64,000 nt of DNA from Ctenodactylus gundi (lineage: Eukaryota): positions 44,324,541 to 44,388,540 of the forward strand of contig CM109709.1 of assembly GCA_048771875.1 (NCBI GenBank). The letters are read 5' to 3'. The translations under genes and the position numbers were made by a program. Below, piece by piece: positions 12,976 through 25,830 of this stretch (positions within the stretch are counted from its first letter, which is position 1; each line of letters starts with the position of its first letter). Below the pieces are notes generated by a model. The model saw only the letters and a list, made by a program, of their open reading frames with translations, was not told where the DNA came from and made no database searches.

Positions 12976-13184
12976 ACGTGTTCCAGCAATGAGAAAGTAA
13001 GAAAGTTGGATGTGTAGCTCAGTGCAAAGGTCCTGGGTTCAATCAATCCCCAGTAGGACAACCATAAAAACAAAGCAAATGGAAGATGAAGATGATGAAA
13101 TCAGATATACAAGACACACAAGAAGCTACTGGTGACTTCCCTTTCCACTGCTTCCTAGAAGTTCAACCACACTTTCTGGCCTCA

Positions 13185-13289
<105 letters not shown>

Positions 13290-14270
13290 CTAAGGGTGAC
13301 GAGGATGTCCATGAAATCTCAGGTCTGCAAAGAGGAGTATGTGGCTTTGGGGAAGACAGTAGCACAGTATCGACATGGCCATCTGTGCTACATTAACACA
13401 CAAAGACATGAGATGTCCCCACTCCCCTCCTTGTGCTACCAGGGATTTCCTGCCTTCCTGATATAGACCTTCCTCTGCTGTCAGCTTGTTTCTCTCGACA
13501 GAAGTATTTTGGTGTCTCATACCTAAGCACACGTCAGAGGGGAAGAGTGCTTCCCCACTGCTCCTTTCCTCAGCCCCAGGGCCTCACTGCTTTCTGTCCA
13601 CTCCCTTCAGCCCCGTGAAGACACCTGCCCCTACCCGCAGAAGTTCCCACAGAGCTCTCATGCGCTTTGTTTGGAATAACTACTTCAGAACACCTAACTT
13701 CAGGACACGATCTTTTCAGAAGCTGGGGACAATGCAGAATAAACTATTTCTAGCAGCAACCTTATCATGGGTTCTCCCAGACAGGAATCCAAGAGCAACC
13801 TTGAAAAGTCATATGAAGTATCCCAAATAATGTTAGCTTCATCTGTAAACTTAAAATTCCCTTCCATCATTTTAAACAACTTTTTAATAAGTTATTTATA
13901 CTTTAACATTCTTGGAGTAACAAATTCCATCCATTTATCCCCAGTTAATATAAAACAATACAATACATGCAGTTATACTGAAGAAATGTTGGGTACTGCC
14001 CTTTAGCTTTAATTACAAACATTTACTTAAACAATAAACTCCATTATTTGAAAGCTTCAATCTTTACTATTCTTTTCTAGACTAGAAATTCCTAATCTTT
14101 ATAATCATATACACAAATTATATAATGTTGTAATTAATTCTCTTGCCCAAATATGCAAGGTTACAAACTGTTGTCAGTTTTCTGTAAGATCTTAGGTTCA
14201 GAAAAGCCAGTTTTATTCTACTAGTTTCTACACTGCAGAAAGAACAGGAGAGTTGCTGGCTGAGTGCTCA

Positions 14271-14504
<234 letters not shown>

Positions 14505-14601
14505 TCAGAATTCTAGAGATCAGAAAAAACAGGTGAGAAAAAGGGAGATGTGAGCACGTGTGGCAGGAGCGGCAGCACAGAGGCCAGGCAGAGCTACTTT
14601 A

Positions 14602-14811
<210 letters not shown>

Positions 14812-16465
14812 TCAGTAAGTTTTTTTCTGTAGTAAAGGCAGAAGTTGGAGAGCAGCGGGAAGAAGCCATTCAGGGTTCCATGCTCGCAGACAGTCTCTTT
14901 GCAGGCTCTGCATATGTCATTTGGCCTTCAGAATGCCCTTCTTCCTACTCCTTCTCGGCCTGCACTCGATTCAAGTGACATACCTGATGCACTCAGTGAC
15001 TTTCCCTGTGACCTTAGAGAACCGTGACTATCCTGATTACACATGAACACACATGGTTACACTGTTGTACTCGACAATTATAGCACAACAATTGTAGTTT
15101 CCCTAGTTTAATCAAAATTATCTCAGAGAGCTGGTTATTTATCTTTGTATTTCCAGTGCTCCAATGCCTACAGTAATAAACCTCAAGCTGGGTCCAGAGG
15201 GGGCGGGCCTGTAATCACGGTACTCTGAACGGCTGAGGGAGGAGGATGGAAACACTGAGCCCAGCCTCAGCAACTCAATGACCTGCTGAGACCCTGTCTC
15301 CAAATCAAAACTGAAAAACTGATAGTCTGGAGATATAATTCAGTGTAAAGGACCTGGGCTCAATCTTCAGTACTGCAAAATGAAAACAAAACAAAGCAAA
15401 ACAAGTTAACCTCCAAGAAATCTGTCACATCAGGAGACTTGTTACATACATGTCCATCAGCTGCCTCTTCTACCTGTACAGGTATTTAAGGGGATAGGCA
15501 AGATAATATCTTCTAAGTAATAGTAATTAAGAAGTTGCAATTTGTCTAGCACATTCATTTTGTCCTCAAGATTCAAGTACAAGTATTATTATCCCCTCCC
15601 CTTGTTTGCGATAATAGGGATTTAGTCCAGAATCTTCACAGGGAGCGACATTCCCAGCCCATTTTTATTTTTATAGGCCAGGTCCCATTAAGTTGCTGAA
15701 TTGTCCAGGCTGGGCTTGAACTTGCAATCATACTGCCTCAGCATCCCAGAGTGCTGGGATTACAGGCCCGAACCACTGGACTCAGCATGTTATTCCTATT
15801 TGAAAAGAAATAGGTGTCCAAAATATCGAGTGTAAATATCATAAAGCCAGCTTGTTCTGAGTGGCTTCTAGGCTAGGTATCTTATCTTCCTTTCTTTGAA
15901 ACAGGGTCTCACTCTGCAGTCCAGGCTGGTCCTGAACTCATGTGTGGCCCAGGCTGACTTCAAACTCATGGCAATCTGGCAATCCTCCAGCCTCAGAGTC
16001 CCAAAGGTTGGGGTTACAGGTGTATACCACCACGCCCAGCTTATGTGCTGCTGGAGCATCCAGCTCAGAGACCTGCGCTCGCTAGACAAATGCTTGCTCT
16101 AACCACTGGGCTATTCCCCCACCCTTCCCTTAAGTATCTTTCAGTTATCTCCTTACAAAATATTTTGAATTCTATCTCTGGCATAAATCTATCATGCTGT
16201 AAGATCTGAGGGCAGTTTGACTCCATGGTAGGCTCATAACATATCTGAACATAAAAGCACATAAAAGGCACTCAATAAAATCTGGACAAATCCAATTATT
16301 TCGAGTGCCTGTCACTCTTCTAGCGCCTTTTAACAATGACTATCACATAACGTCAATGTCACTCAGATTAAAAGCTGTGAAGGGGGGAAATGCGCTCCAG
16401 ACCCCACAGCACTAGAGTTTAGGAAGATGGAGAACGAGCCGGTGCAGGAAGGAGGACTCCATTTA

Positions 16466-17488
<1,023 letters not shown>

Positions 17489-17546
17489 ATGCCAAAGCGT
17501 GGGAAAAAGGGAGCGGTGGCAGAAGATGGGGACGAGCCCAAGAAAG
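17489..17546 (+). CDS. APEX1: APEX1 (APE1/REF-1) first coding exon ([19 protein letters not shown] + G)
   Basis: Anchored on ORF 17402..17983(+), Met30. Donor GTAAGAGC. Confidence 0.93.
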
Positions 17547-17747
17547 GTAAGAGCACGAAATGGACCCCTCTCCTTACAAGCTGTGGCAGTGTAGTACTAA
17601 CTCCTTCGATGAGTGATAAATACACATCGAGTTGTACTTTGGCTGCAGTTTGTGGAGAACTGGAGCAACTACAGATAGGGGATTCAGAATTCTTGATTGA
17701 GGTCGGAAGCCACCAGCTTTTATCGTTATCTTTTGCTGATTTTACAG

Positions 17748-17935
17748 AGCCACAGGCCAAGAAGAGTAAGGTGGGGGCAAAGAAAAACGAAACAGAGGCG
17801 GCAGGAGAGACCCCGGCCATGTACGAAGACCCGCCAGATAAGAAAACCTCGCCCAGTGGCAAATCTGCCACACTCAAGATCTGCTCCTGGAATGTGGATG
17901 GGCTTCGAGCCTGGATTAAGAAGAAAGGTTTAGAT
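17748..17935 (+). CDS. APEX1: APEX1 coding exon 2 ([63 protein letters not shown])
   Basis: Same ORF frame. Acceptor tttacag, donor GTGAGTGG. Confidence 0.93.
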
Positions 17936-18479
17936 GTGAGTGGAATTTGGGCAGGGGGAGAGATCCCTAATAATAACTACTAGAAAAATCTTGGCTAGCT
18001 GTTTGTGGTACCAGAGGCCTGCAATTCTAGCCCCGACTGGGCAGTTTAGTGAGACCCAGTCTCAAAATCAGAACTAAAAGTCGGTTGGGAACGTAGCTCA
18101 GTGTGAAAGACCCGGACTCGATCCTCAGTACCTCAAAAATCAAAAAGTCTTAGCTGGGTGTGGTGTGGTGACTGGCACATGCCTGTAGTCCCAGCAGTCT
18201 GGGAGGCTGAGACAGGAGGATTCCAAGTTTGAACCTAGCCTGGACAGTTCAGCCATATGGCAAAACCCCATCTCACAGAAGGCTCTGGGTTCAATCCCAG
18301 TCTGCACAAAAATGAACAACTGTCCATGACCTCCTTGGTAAAATATATAAGACCTTTCAACTGTTGTCAGTCACGTAATTTATAAGTACTGTGCTTTGTT
18401 GAATTCTTAAGCACAAGGACTGTCTTTTTTTATGAAATAACCGGGTTTTTTAAAAAATAGCTAGTACTTAGCATGCATT

Positions 18480-18715
18480 GTTTGGTTTGGTTTGGTTTTG
18501 TTTTTTGAGACAGGATCTTGCTCTGTAGCCCAGGCTGGCCCTGGACTGGCAGCAATCCTCCTGCCTCAGCCTTCCAAATGCTGGGATTACAGGTGTTTGC
18601 CACCACAGGCATATGCCCAGCTTAGTAGTTAAGGGCAATCAAACTCCAGTGTTTAGCACTTAGTTTAGCACTTACTCGGCAAGGGCTTTAACCACTGAGC
18701 CATTCCACCAGCCCC
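18480..18715 (-). mobile_element. Dimeric B1/ID-type SINE, antisense, in APEX1 intron 3
   Basis: ttttttgagacaggatcttgctctgtagcccaggctgg...ctgggattacaggtg...ggctttaaccactgagccattcc. Confidence 0.7.
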
Positions 18716-18778
18716 GCACGTGTTGTTTGGTATCTGTTGAATTAATAGTACTTTTCCCGTGTTTCTTTTTGCTCCTAG

Positions 18779-18971
18779 TGGGTAAAGGAAGAAGCCCCAG
18801 ATATCCTGTGCCTCCAGGAAACCAAATGTTCAGAGAACAAATTACCAGCAGAACTCCAGGAGCTGCCTGGACTGTCCCATCAATACTGGGCAGCACCTTC
18901 TGACAAAGAGGGATACAGCGGTGTGGGCCTACTCTCCCGCCAGTGCCCACTCAAAGTCTCTTATGGCATTG
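18779..18971 (+). CDS. APEX1: APEX1 coding exon 3 ([64 protein letters not shown] + G)
   Basis: Acceptor gctcctag, donor GTGAGATG. Near-identical to human APE1 residues 67-130. Confidence 0.92.
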
Positions 18972-19250
18972 GTGAGATGCTGGCAGTTGTTTTTTCCTCC
19001 TATAGTAGGATGGAACCCAAAGCATTAACACTGAACTATGTCCCCAGCCCATTTCACTTTTTGAGATAGGATTTTGCCAAATTGGTGAGGCTGGAGTCGA
19101 GTCTGCAATCCTTTTGCCCCAGCAACCCTGTTGGTTCTTCAAGTCAGGCCTCTTTTAAACCAATTATTGCTGTTCCATCCTAGACCTGGGTGTTAGCTGC
19201 TTTCCCTTTTCTTAGTCCTGTTTATGCTGACTCTGTTTTCACTTGTTTAG

Positions 19251-19768
19251 GAGAGGAGGAACACGATCAAGAAGGCCGGGTGATTGTGGCGGAGTTTGAC
19301 TCATTTGTGCTAGTAACAGCCTACGTCCCTAACGCCGGCCGGGGTCTGGTGAGGCTGGAGTACCGGCAGCGCTGGGACGAAGCATTTCGCAAGTTCCTGA
19401 AGAGTCTGTCTTCCCATAAGCCCCTTGTACTATGTGGTGACCTGAATGTGGCTCATGAAGAAATTGACCTTCGTAACCCCAAGGGAAACAAAAAGAATGC
19501 TGGCTTCACCCCACAAGAGCGCCAAGGCTTTGGGGAACTGCTGCAGGCTGTGCCACTGACCGACAGCTTCCGGCACCTCTACCCGAGTGCCGCCTACGCC
19601 TACACCTTTTGGACTTACATGATGAACGCTCGGTCCAAGAATGTGGGATGGCGCCTTGATTACTTTCTGTTGTCCCATTCTCTTTTACCTGCATTGTGTG
19701 ACAGCAAGATCCGTTCCAAGGCCCTCGGTAGTGATCACTGTCCCATTACCCTGTACCTAGCGCTGTGA
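19251..19768 (+). CDS. APEX1: APEX1 terminal coding exon (…[15 protein letters not shown]…[10 protein letters not shown]), stop TGA at 19766-19768
   Basis: ORF 19190..19768(+). Acceptor ttgtttag. The total CDS is 957 nt = 318 aa, the same as human APE1. The exonuclease-III family nuclease domain is intact. Confidence 0.95.
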
Positions 19769-20002
19769 CACCTGCCCCAGTTACTCAGCCTGGAAATCCC
19801 CTGCCCTCCATATAAGTATTCTTTAACAGCTTTCTTAAGGGATCCCCACTATCTCTAATGAGAATATGAATCCTTTGACCAGGCTTCTGTGACAAGACTA
19901 AGGTTTCTTGTAAGCCCAAGGTTTTTGTTCTGAGTTCCCCCTTTTAAGAAAAAAAAGTTAAAAAAAAACTACTTATGACTTCCTTTGAACTATTCATGTG
20001 AA

Positions 20003-20008
20003 AATAAA
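20003..20008 (+). terminator. APEX1: APEX1 poly(A) signal AATAAA, ~235 nt after the stop
   Basis: gtgaaaATAAAAggctc reads ...AATAAA..., the only canonical hexamer in the short 3' flank. Confidence 0.55.
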
Positions 20009-20125
20009 AGGCTCTAGTTTCAACATTACTGTCTTTATATTTTACCCCTTTCTGGGGCTACAAATCTCCTTCCTCCTTTTTCATTCATACAAGTTAACAC
20101 CTGAAAAAGGTTAGTCATGACCTTA

Positions 20126-20131
20126 TTTATT
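20126..20131 (-). terminator. PIP4P1: PIP4P1 poly(A) signal (AATAAA on the minus strand), ~670 nt after the stop
   Basis: ccttaTTTATTtac on the plus strand. Predicted cleavage near 20.10 kb, within ~100 bp of the predicted APEX1 cleavage site on the opposite strand. Confidence 0.45.
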
Positions 20132-20798
20132 TACAAGCACAGGATGAGCCCCTAACCTCCCCCCAAGACAGCAACCCCACCCATTCCAGTTAAATAGTGC
20201 AACTGGGGGTAGGGAAGGTCGGAAAGAGGAACTAAGGGAAATAGAGGACTGGGGGTATACCCCACATTAAATAGTTGTATGTACATCAGTTCCTGTGGTT
20301 CTGTACAGAGCAGCGGCTGGCCCTGCCCCCACAGGACACAATGTGGGGACAGGAGCCCGGGGGTACTGAGGCCAGAGCCAGCCCCTGTTGAAGTGCAGTA
20401 GCAGCAGCGAGGTCCTACAGGGTGCACAAGAGGGAGGGGACCGCCCAGGGCTACCCACCCCAACCCTGTCTGGAATGTCTAAGGGACAGGAATGGCTCTG
20501 GGGAGCGTAGAGGAAGGACGAGGCTACAGCCATCTAGGACCCAGGTTTAGGGTCAGTATCTTACCCACTTCACCCTAAACACAGCAACCCTTGGAGGAAA
20601 GCAGGTGGCACAACAGTGGATTCATCTACTTCTCCAAACCTAAGTGAGGGCCTGGTTCCTTCCTACCTCTCCTCTGGGAAAAGGCAGCTGCTTGGCTTCC
20701 TTCCAGAAGCCCAGGGAGCCTTTTACTCCAGCTCCCTCTGTAGTGTCACTGTCCCTACCAGGGAGGGGCCAGGCACAGTCTGTGATTCATGAAGGGGC

Positions 20799-20942
20799 TC
20801 AGGAGAAGTTCTGGACAGGGTGGCTGACCTTCATACAGGCCCAATAGAGGGCCCGGCCCAAACACAGCACAGCCAACAGGATGACAAATGCCCAGGCTGC
20901 ATAGATACCTCCGTATCGTCGTGCATGCTCCCATGTGCCAAA
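20799..20942 (-). CDS. PIP4P1: PIP4P1/TMEM55B terminal coding exon ([47 protein letters not shown]). Encodes the second transmembrane helix.
   Basis: Minus-strand translation. Acceptor cctcatcag, stop TGA at 20799-20801. Confidence 0.85.
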   Translation of the reverse strand, partial: FGTWEHARRYGGIYAAWAFVILLAVLCLGRALYWACMKVSHPVQNFS

Positions 20943-21439
20943 CTGATGAGGAGGAAGGAAAGAAAGATGAGGTTACTGCAGATGTCCCTCTACTCCTAGA
21001 AGGCCTACGAACAGTTAACAGCTCACTTCAAATGCCCTTCAGGGACTTCCAAAAAGGCTAGGTTGGCTTGTAGCCATACCACCCTCAGTACAACTGATTT
21101 CATCTGATCTGGGAAGCCAGAGTTGGGCCTGAATACTACTGGATGGGAAAAAAAGGCCAGGTTGTTCAGTTCCCTTCCCTGGGTCAGGAAAATATCATCA
21201 GACTGTCCCAGACATGTCAGTATTTCTTAGGTCTGACAATTGACCTAAGCTTCCTACTGGCAACCCCACTTAAGCCACCATCCTAACTAACTGCTGAGAA
21301 AGGACAAGCTTTTTAAATTTCTCTAATTAACAATAGAGTTAATAAGTCATATATACCTTAAAACTCCCAATTTGTTACTTTTAATAGGTACCAACATCCC
21401 AAATAGGCTGACAAAGGCAGCGGGATCAGGGTTACTCAC

Positions 21440-21530
21440 AGCAAGCCCTGTGGCAGTGACTGCCAAGAGTAAGCCAAGCAAGAAGCAGCAGATACATCTC
21501 TTCCGGGGGTATCTGCGGCCAATAGATGAC
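21440..21530 (-). CDS. PIP4P1: PIP4P1 exon 6 ((V)SSIGRRYPRKRCICCFLLGLLLAVTATGLA)
   Basis: Acceptor tcccgcag, donor gtgagtaac. Encodes the catalytic CX5R-type motif region (RKRCICC) plus TM1. Confidence 0.82.
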
Positions 21531-21618
21531 CTGCGGGAGGCAAACCATCCGAAACTTGCAACAGCCCAGCTGTTTTCTACTCATCACAAAATTGCCAGCT
21601 TCATCCCTAATCACTTAC

Positions 21619-21671
21619 ACTTTCCTGCAGTGAGGGCAACGCGCCAAGGTTCGGTCAGTGAACTCTGTCCA
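21619..21671 (-). CDS. PIP4P1: PIP4P1 exon 5 ([17 protein letters not shown] + GT)
   Basis: Acceptor ctccacag, donor gtaagtg. Confidence 0.82.
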
Positions 21672-21762
21672 CTGTGGAGAAAGAAAAAGACAAAGTAATT
21701 GTACACATCTTTTCAGAATTCATAACCATTACCCATCCTGGCTTTCCAATATCCCTCCTCAC

Positions 21763-21868
21763 CAGAAAGGTATTCTTGCAGTGTCCACAGATGACCCGAA
21801 CACCCATTGGCTGTGGTTCTGGACTCAGAGGTCCTGGATGTACAGGCCCAAGGTTGATGATTCTTTTG
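21763..21868 (-). CDS. PIP4P1: PIP4P1 exon 4 ((C)[35 protein letters not shown])
   Basis: Anchored on ORF 21655..21924(-). Acceptor tgtgtag, donor gtgagg. Confidence 0.88.
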
Positions 21869-22281
21869 CTACACAAGAGAAAAATAAAATGTTTGACAAA
21901 GTTTTTCATCTTCGAGATTCCCACAACTGTCCATCCTTCACAACCCCAGTCCTTGTCACTGAGTTTCTCTACTTCACTGAATGTAAGATCCTAAGTCTTC
22001 AGCCCAACCCCAGAGAATTCCTAACAAGAAAGCATTACTTCAGGTCTCAGGGTAATTCACCCTATCCTTGGCTCCCCGCTCTTGTATAAACTCCAATTTT
22101 CAAGCCAATCTCTTTACCAAGAAACGAGGAAGAAGGCCATAACAGTTTTAAAGTACAAGAGCCCAAAGAGCATTTTTTCCTAAAACACCAAGCTCTGACC
22201 GTCACGTTTTCTACATGCATTTCAATGTTTTTGGCTTTCCAATTTTCTCTACTTATACTCTTCCCACCTCACACCTCTTAC

Positions 22282-22388
22282 CAGTAGGGCCGAGGACAGG
22301 CAATCCTCTGGGATGTCACTTTGCAAATAAGGAGACAGTTACAGGGGCATCGAACATATTTTTTCCCTGGGGGTGCATTCTTGATTGG
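22282..22388 (-). CDS. PIP4P1: PIP4P1 exon 3 ([35 protein letters not shown] + TG)
   Basis: Acceptor ttttccag, donor gtaagagg. Identical to the human segment. Confidence 0.82.
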
Positions 22389-22726
22389 CTGGAAAATAAT
22401 GGGGACATCAGCAAGCAGACCACTAATCCCAAGCCCTTCCATTGCCTTCCAACACACTTTCTGAGAAGAGATCAGAGTTCAGGTTTTAGCCAGGGAGGAA
22501 AAACAAAAGACACATATCGTGAAGTTTGCAAATGAGAAGTACACTTAAAGATCCAGGCCAGGTATGAAGGAGAGAACTCTGGTGACTGGCTTTTGGGGAA
22601 ATGACTGTCTGACACACAGGGAACTGAAACTGGGTTTCATGCAATGCCCTTGTCAGGGTCTAGAATCAGAGGAGCATAAAGAGGATCCGGAGTACAGGGC
22701 CCATCTTGAAGATACATATAACTCAC

Positions 22727-22917
22727 AGTGGCTTCATTGCAGACACCACATTTGACTACATGCTGATGCATCTTGCCTTCCACGTTGATGAGAGACTGGC
22801 AGACGCGGCAGGTGATCATGGGGGCATTCCCACTGTCCGGGCTGGTCAGGGGTGAGTAGGGGGGTGGGTCCTCCCCAGGCAACACGGCGGGATGCCCCTC
22901 CGGAAACGGGGGAAATG
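22727..22917 (-). CDS. PIP4P1: PIP4P1 exon 2 ((A)[63 protein letters not shown])
   Basis: Anchored on ORF 22637..22885(-). Acceptor tttgcag, donor gtgagt. Confidence 0.88.
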
Positions 22918-23235
22918 CTGCAAAGTAACCAGATGCAAAGAATGGGGGCGGGGATCACTTGCAAACACCCCACTGATGCTCCACGGGGTCGGGGACTCTG
23001 ATCTCCAACCCTCCAAGGCTCGGCGGCTTGTTCATGATCGGTGCTTCGACCCGCTTTCCCAACACGCTTCTCAGTTCCCAGGATCCGGCCGAGATTGCCG
23101 AGGAGGAAAGGATCGCCCATTACAGGTGCAACAGCTCCGCACCTGGCTCTCGGGTCCCGCCCCTCCCCGCCTCTTCGAGTACCCCCGGGACACCTGGGAC
23201 CCGCCCCGGCTTACCCTGGGGCGGGGCATGTTTAC

Positions 23236-23377
23236 CGGCTCCATACGGTGGTGCGGAGGGGGTCAGGCCTCCCCCGGGCCCAGCCCCACTCCCGCCCGGC
23301 CCCACTAAGCCGTTGCCGCCGGCGCCACCGTCGATGGGTTCTGACAGCAGCGGGGAACGTTCTCCATCTGCCGCCAT
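23236..23377 (-). CDS. PIP4P1: PIP4P1 exon 1 CDS (MAADGERSPLLSEPIDGGAGGNGLVGPGGSGAGPGGGLTPSAPPYGA). An in-frame upstream ATG at 23389 would add MVAA.
   Basis: Anchored on ORF 23120..23389(-). Donor gtaaac follows PYGA. The summed CDS is 834 nt = 277 aa, as in human. Confidence 0.85.
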
Positions 23378-23950
23378 GGCCGCCACCACCGCCTCCCTCC
23401 CGGGTCAGCTATCCAGCTCCCTTCTCCGCCGCAGCTGCCGCCGCCGCTGCCACCGCTACCGCCACTGCCGCCACTGCCGCCGCCGCCGCCGCCAGCGCCG
23501 CTACCGGGTCCCCAGGGCGCCTGCGCGCGGCGATCCCAGCGCACCCCGCAGGCAGAGGCCAGCCCCGCCCTGCTCCGTACCGCTCACGTGACAGGCAATC
23601 CCCACACCCACTGGGCTGTCATTGGTAGAGATAAACTTGTTCCCGGTCTGTGAAAGCGGTTCTTGTTTTCCATTGGGGGGTGTCGTACTGACGCCAGCAT
23701 CACATGACCTTCCTAGAGCGGCTGAGCTTGCAAAAACTGCACGTGACTAGAAGTTCTGCAAGCCATTGGAAGCGTGGCCCATCGCGCTACCTCCAGACCA
23801 GGAGGCGGGTCTGAACTTATTCTGCTCACTGGTTACGTTTGGGAGGCGGTGCGCCCTCGTGTGGCGCGCCATCGCTTCTGATTAGACTTTGCTTTGCTTT
23901 CAAAGTGGCCTCCTATTGGTCATTGATTTCCTTTCCTTCGTCTTGTGACC
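23378..23950 (-). promoter_or_regulatory. PIP4P1: PIP4P1 CpG-island promoter / 5'UTR region
   Basis: GC-rich, with a (GCC)n tract at 23.44-23.50 kb. Two CLEAR-like E-boxes: CTCACGTGACAG at ~23584-23595 and GCACGTGACTAG at ~23739-23750. At least four ATTGG (inverted CCAAT) boxes lie between 23.61 and 23.93 kb. Confidence 0.6.
23437..23500. repeat. Imperfect (GCC)n/(GGC)n trinucleotide tract in the PIP4P1 5' region
   Basis: ccgccgccgctgccaccgctaccgccactgccgccactgccgccgccgccgccgcc. Confidence 0.85.
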
Positions 23951-25624
23951 CTTAGGGCGCCCCTTTACTGGCTCGTATTTAGCGCCACAACTTATGGGGC
24001 TTGGCTTCAGCCACGGAGGGGCAATAAATGAGAGGGAAGCTTGAGGTTTTCGGGTGCCATGCCGGAGGGTTAGCAGTAGCTACGCCATTCAAGAAATACT
24101 TTTAAAAAGCCAAGGTAGGTGAAGGTGGTGTCACATGCTGGTAATCCCGGCACTCTGGGAGGTTTAGACAGGAGGGCCAGAGATTTGATTACAGGTTGGG
24201 CAGTTTAGCTCTTAGTGAGACCCTATCAAGATTTTTTTTTAAAAAATCCCTTTAGGTGGTGAGTTCAAAACTCTTGGCAAGACCCCCTTAGTTATTCTAC
24301 TGAAGTACTCATCACCTCCTACCTACAGTTCTGAGCGGAATACCTTAGGGGAGTCTGAGATCACTGAATTTGGCCTTTTCCTCAGTGCTGTTATGATCTG
24401 GTAGTGGTCAGAGGATACATAAACAGAAAGCAAGGTAATTTGTGGGGAAGGCCATCAAAGAAGTAGAAGAAAACATCATCGTAAAAGAATTCTTTTTCCG
24501 GTCTTTAGTTAACTCTCACTGTACAGTGAACAACCCCGCAAACATAGTGATGTAGCTCTTTCTCATGATTCTGTAGTGTTAACTGACTGGGTCTTTTACT
24601 GATCTTAATTGAGCTCATTCATGAACGTGCAATCAGAAGGTGACGTGGACAACACCATGGTTCAAGGTAGCCTCACGAGGATGGTCATTGTTTGTGCTAT
24701 CTGGGCTTGACTTCTTCATAGTTCAACTGTCCTTAAGATGATAGTCCAAGAGGGATAAAGGAGAAGCTTCAAAATATCTTTAAGTCGAACTCCCCTTACC
24801 ACCCCCCACACTGTCGTATGTTCATTTCTGCCACCTCTAGGATTCACAGCCAGCCTTCACAAGTGCCAACATCCAAGGTGTGAGGGCTAGTCTCCACCTC
24901 TTAATGGGAGGATCTGCAAAGCAGTGTGGCTCTGCCTCTCCTTTTTTTTTTTTTTGGGGGGGGGGGAGGTGAGGGGAGGAAGTGAAGGGACAGAGTCATT
25001 TTATGTAGCCCAGATGGACTTCAACTGTGAGCCTCCCCTCAGCTTGCCAAGTGCCAGGATTACAGGTATGTGCCAGCACACCCAGCTGTTAACAACTCTT
25101 TTCTTTTCTTTTTTCTTTTGTACTGTGAATCAAACCTGTAGTACTGTGCACACTAAGTAAGTAGGTAAGTATCCCACCATTTAACTACACCCCCAGCTCC
25201 AGTGGCTATTTTTCTGAAAGTAGGAAGAATCTCAGTGATCAATATATTGGCAAATTTTATTAAGTATCTACTTTTTATGGAAGATGCTCTATGATAGGGC
25301 CCGGGGCTTGCATCTACCAGACCAAAGATATGAAGCAATATGGCCTTATTAGTGGATGCAGGCAACATAACCTGTCAATAGCAAAGTACAAAGTGCATAC
25401 CTGCACTAACTTCAGGCACCACCTTATGACTTTAGACTGTAGCTTTTAGGTAGCCAATAATAATTACCTCTTTCCGTAAGGGAAATAAAGAAGTCAACAT
25501 TGTATCTAAGAAAAAGCCTTCTTGTATTCTGATATGCTGGCACTAATAAAACTACTTCCTGCATAAACATTGGTATTGCATTTCTGTGTTCATCTTGCAA
25601 CAACTCCTTAAGACGCTTACTCAG

Positions 25625-25830
25625 GAGCTGGGGGAATGGCTCAGTGGTTAAAGCGCTTGCCTAGCAAGTGCTAAGTCAAGTGCTAAGTACCAGAGTTTCA
25701 TTCCCCAGCACCACATGCCTGTAATCCCAGCACTAGGGAGTCTGAGGCAAGAGGATTGCCAGAGTCCAAGGCTAGCCTGGGCTACAGAGTGAGACCCAGT
25801 CTTAAAAATTAAAAATATAATAAAATATAA
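25625..25830 (+). mobile_element. Dimeric B1/ID-type SINE, sense
   Basis: gggaatggctcagtggttaaagcgcttgcctagcaag...cctgtaatcccagcactagggagtctgaggcaagagg...gagacccagtcttaaaaa. Confidence 0.7.

Noticed and set aside
13005-13075. tRNA-like sequences (gtgtagctcagtg...gggttcaatc...) here and at ~11290-11350, ~18085-18140, ~36700-36760 and ~43590-43660; considered as tRNA genes
   Set aside because: These are ID-like SINE heads. They lack a complete acceptor stem, D-loop and anticodon cloverleaf, are followed by SINE bodies or A-rich tails, and occur in many diverged copies. No genuine tRNA gene could be supported.
23028-23628. Plus-strand ORFs of 187 and 195 aa (poly-Ala/Pro/Arg) and minus ORF 23305..23544 (poly-Gly/Ser)
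   Set aside because: They are translations of the (GCC)n-rich PIP4P1 5'UTR and promoter. The real PIP4P1 start (MAADGERSPLL...) is anchored at 23377 on the minus strand, and there are no splice signals or homology for these ORFs.
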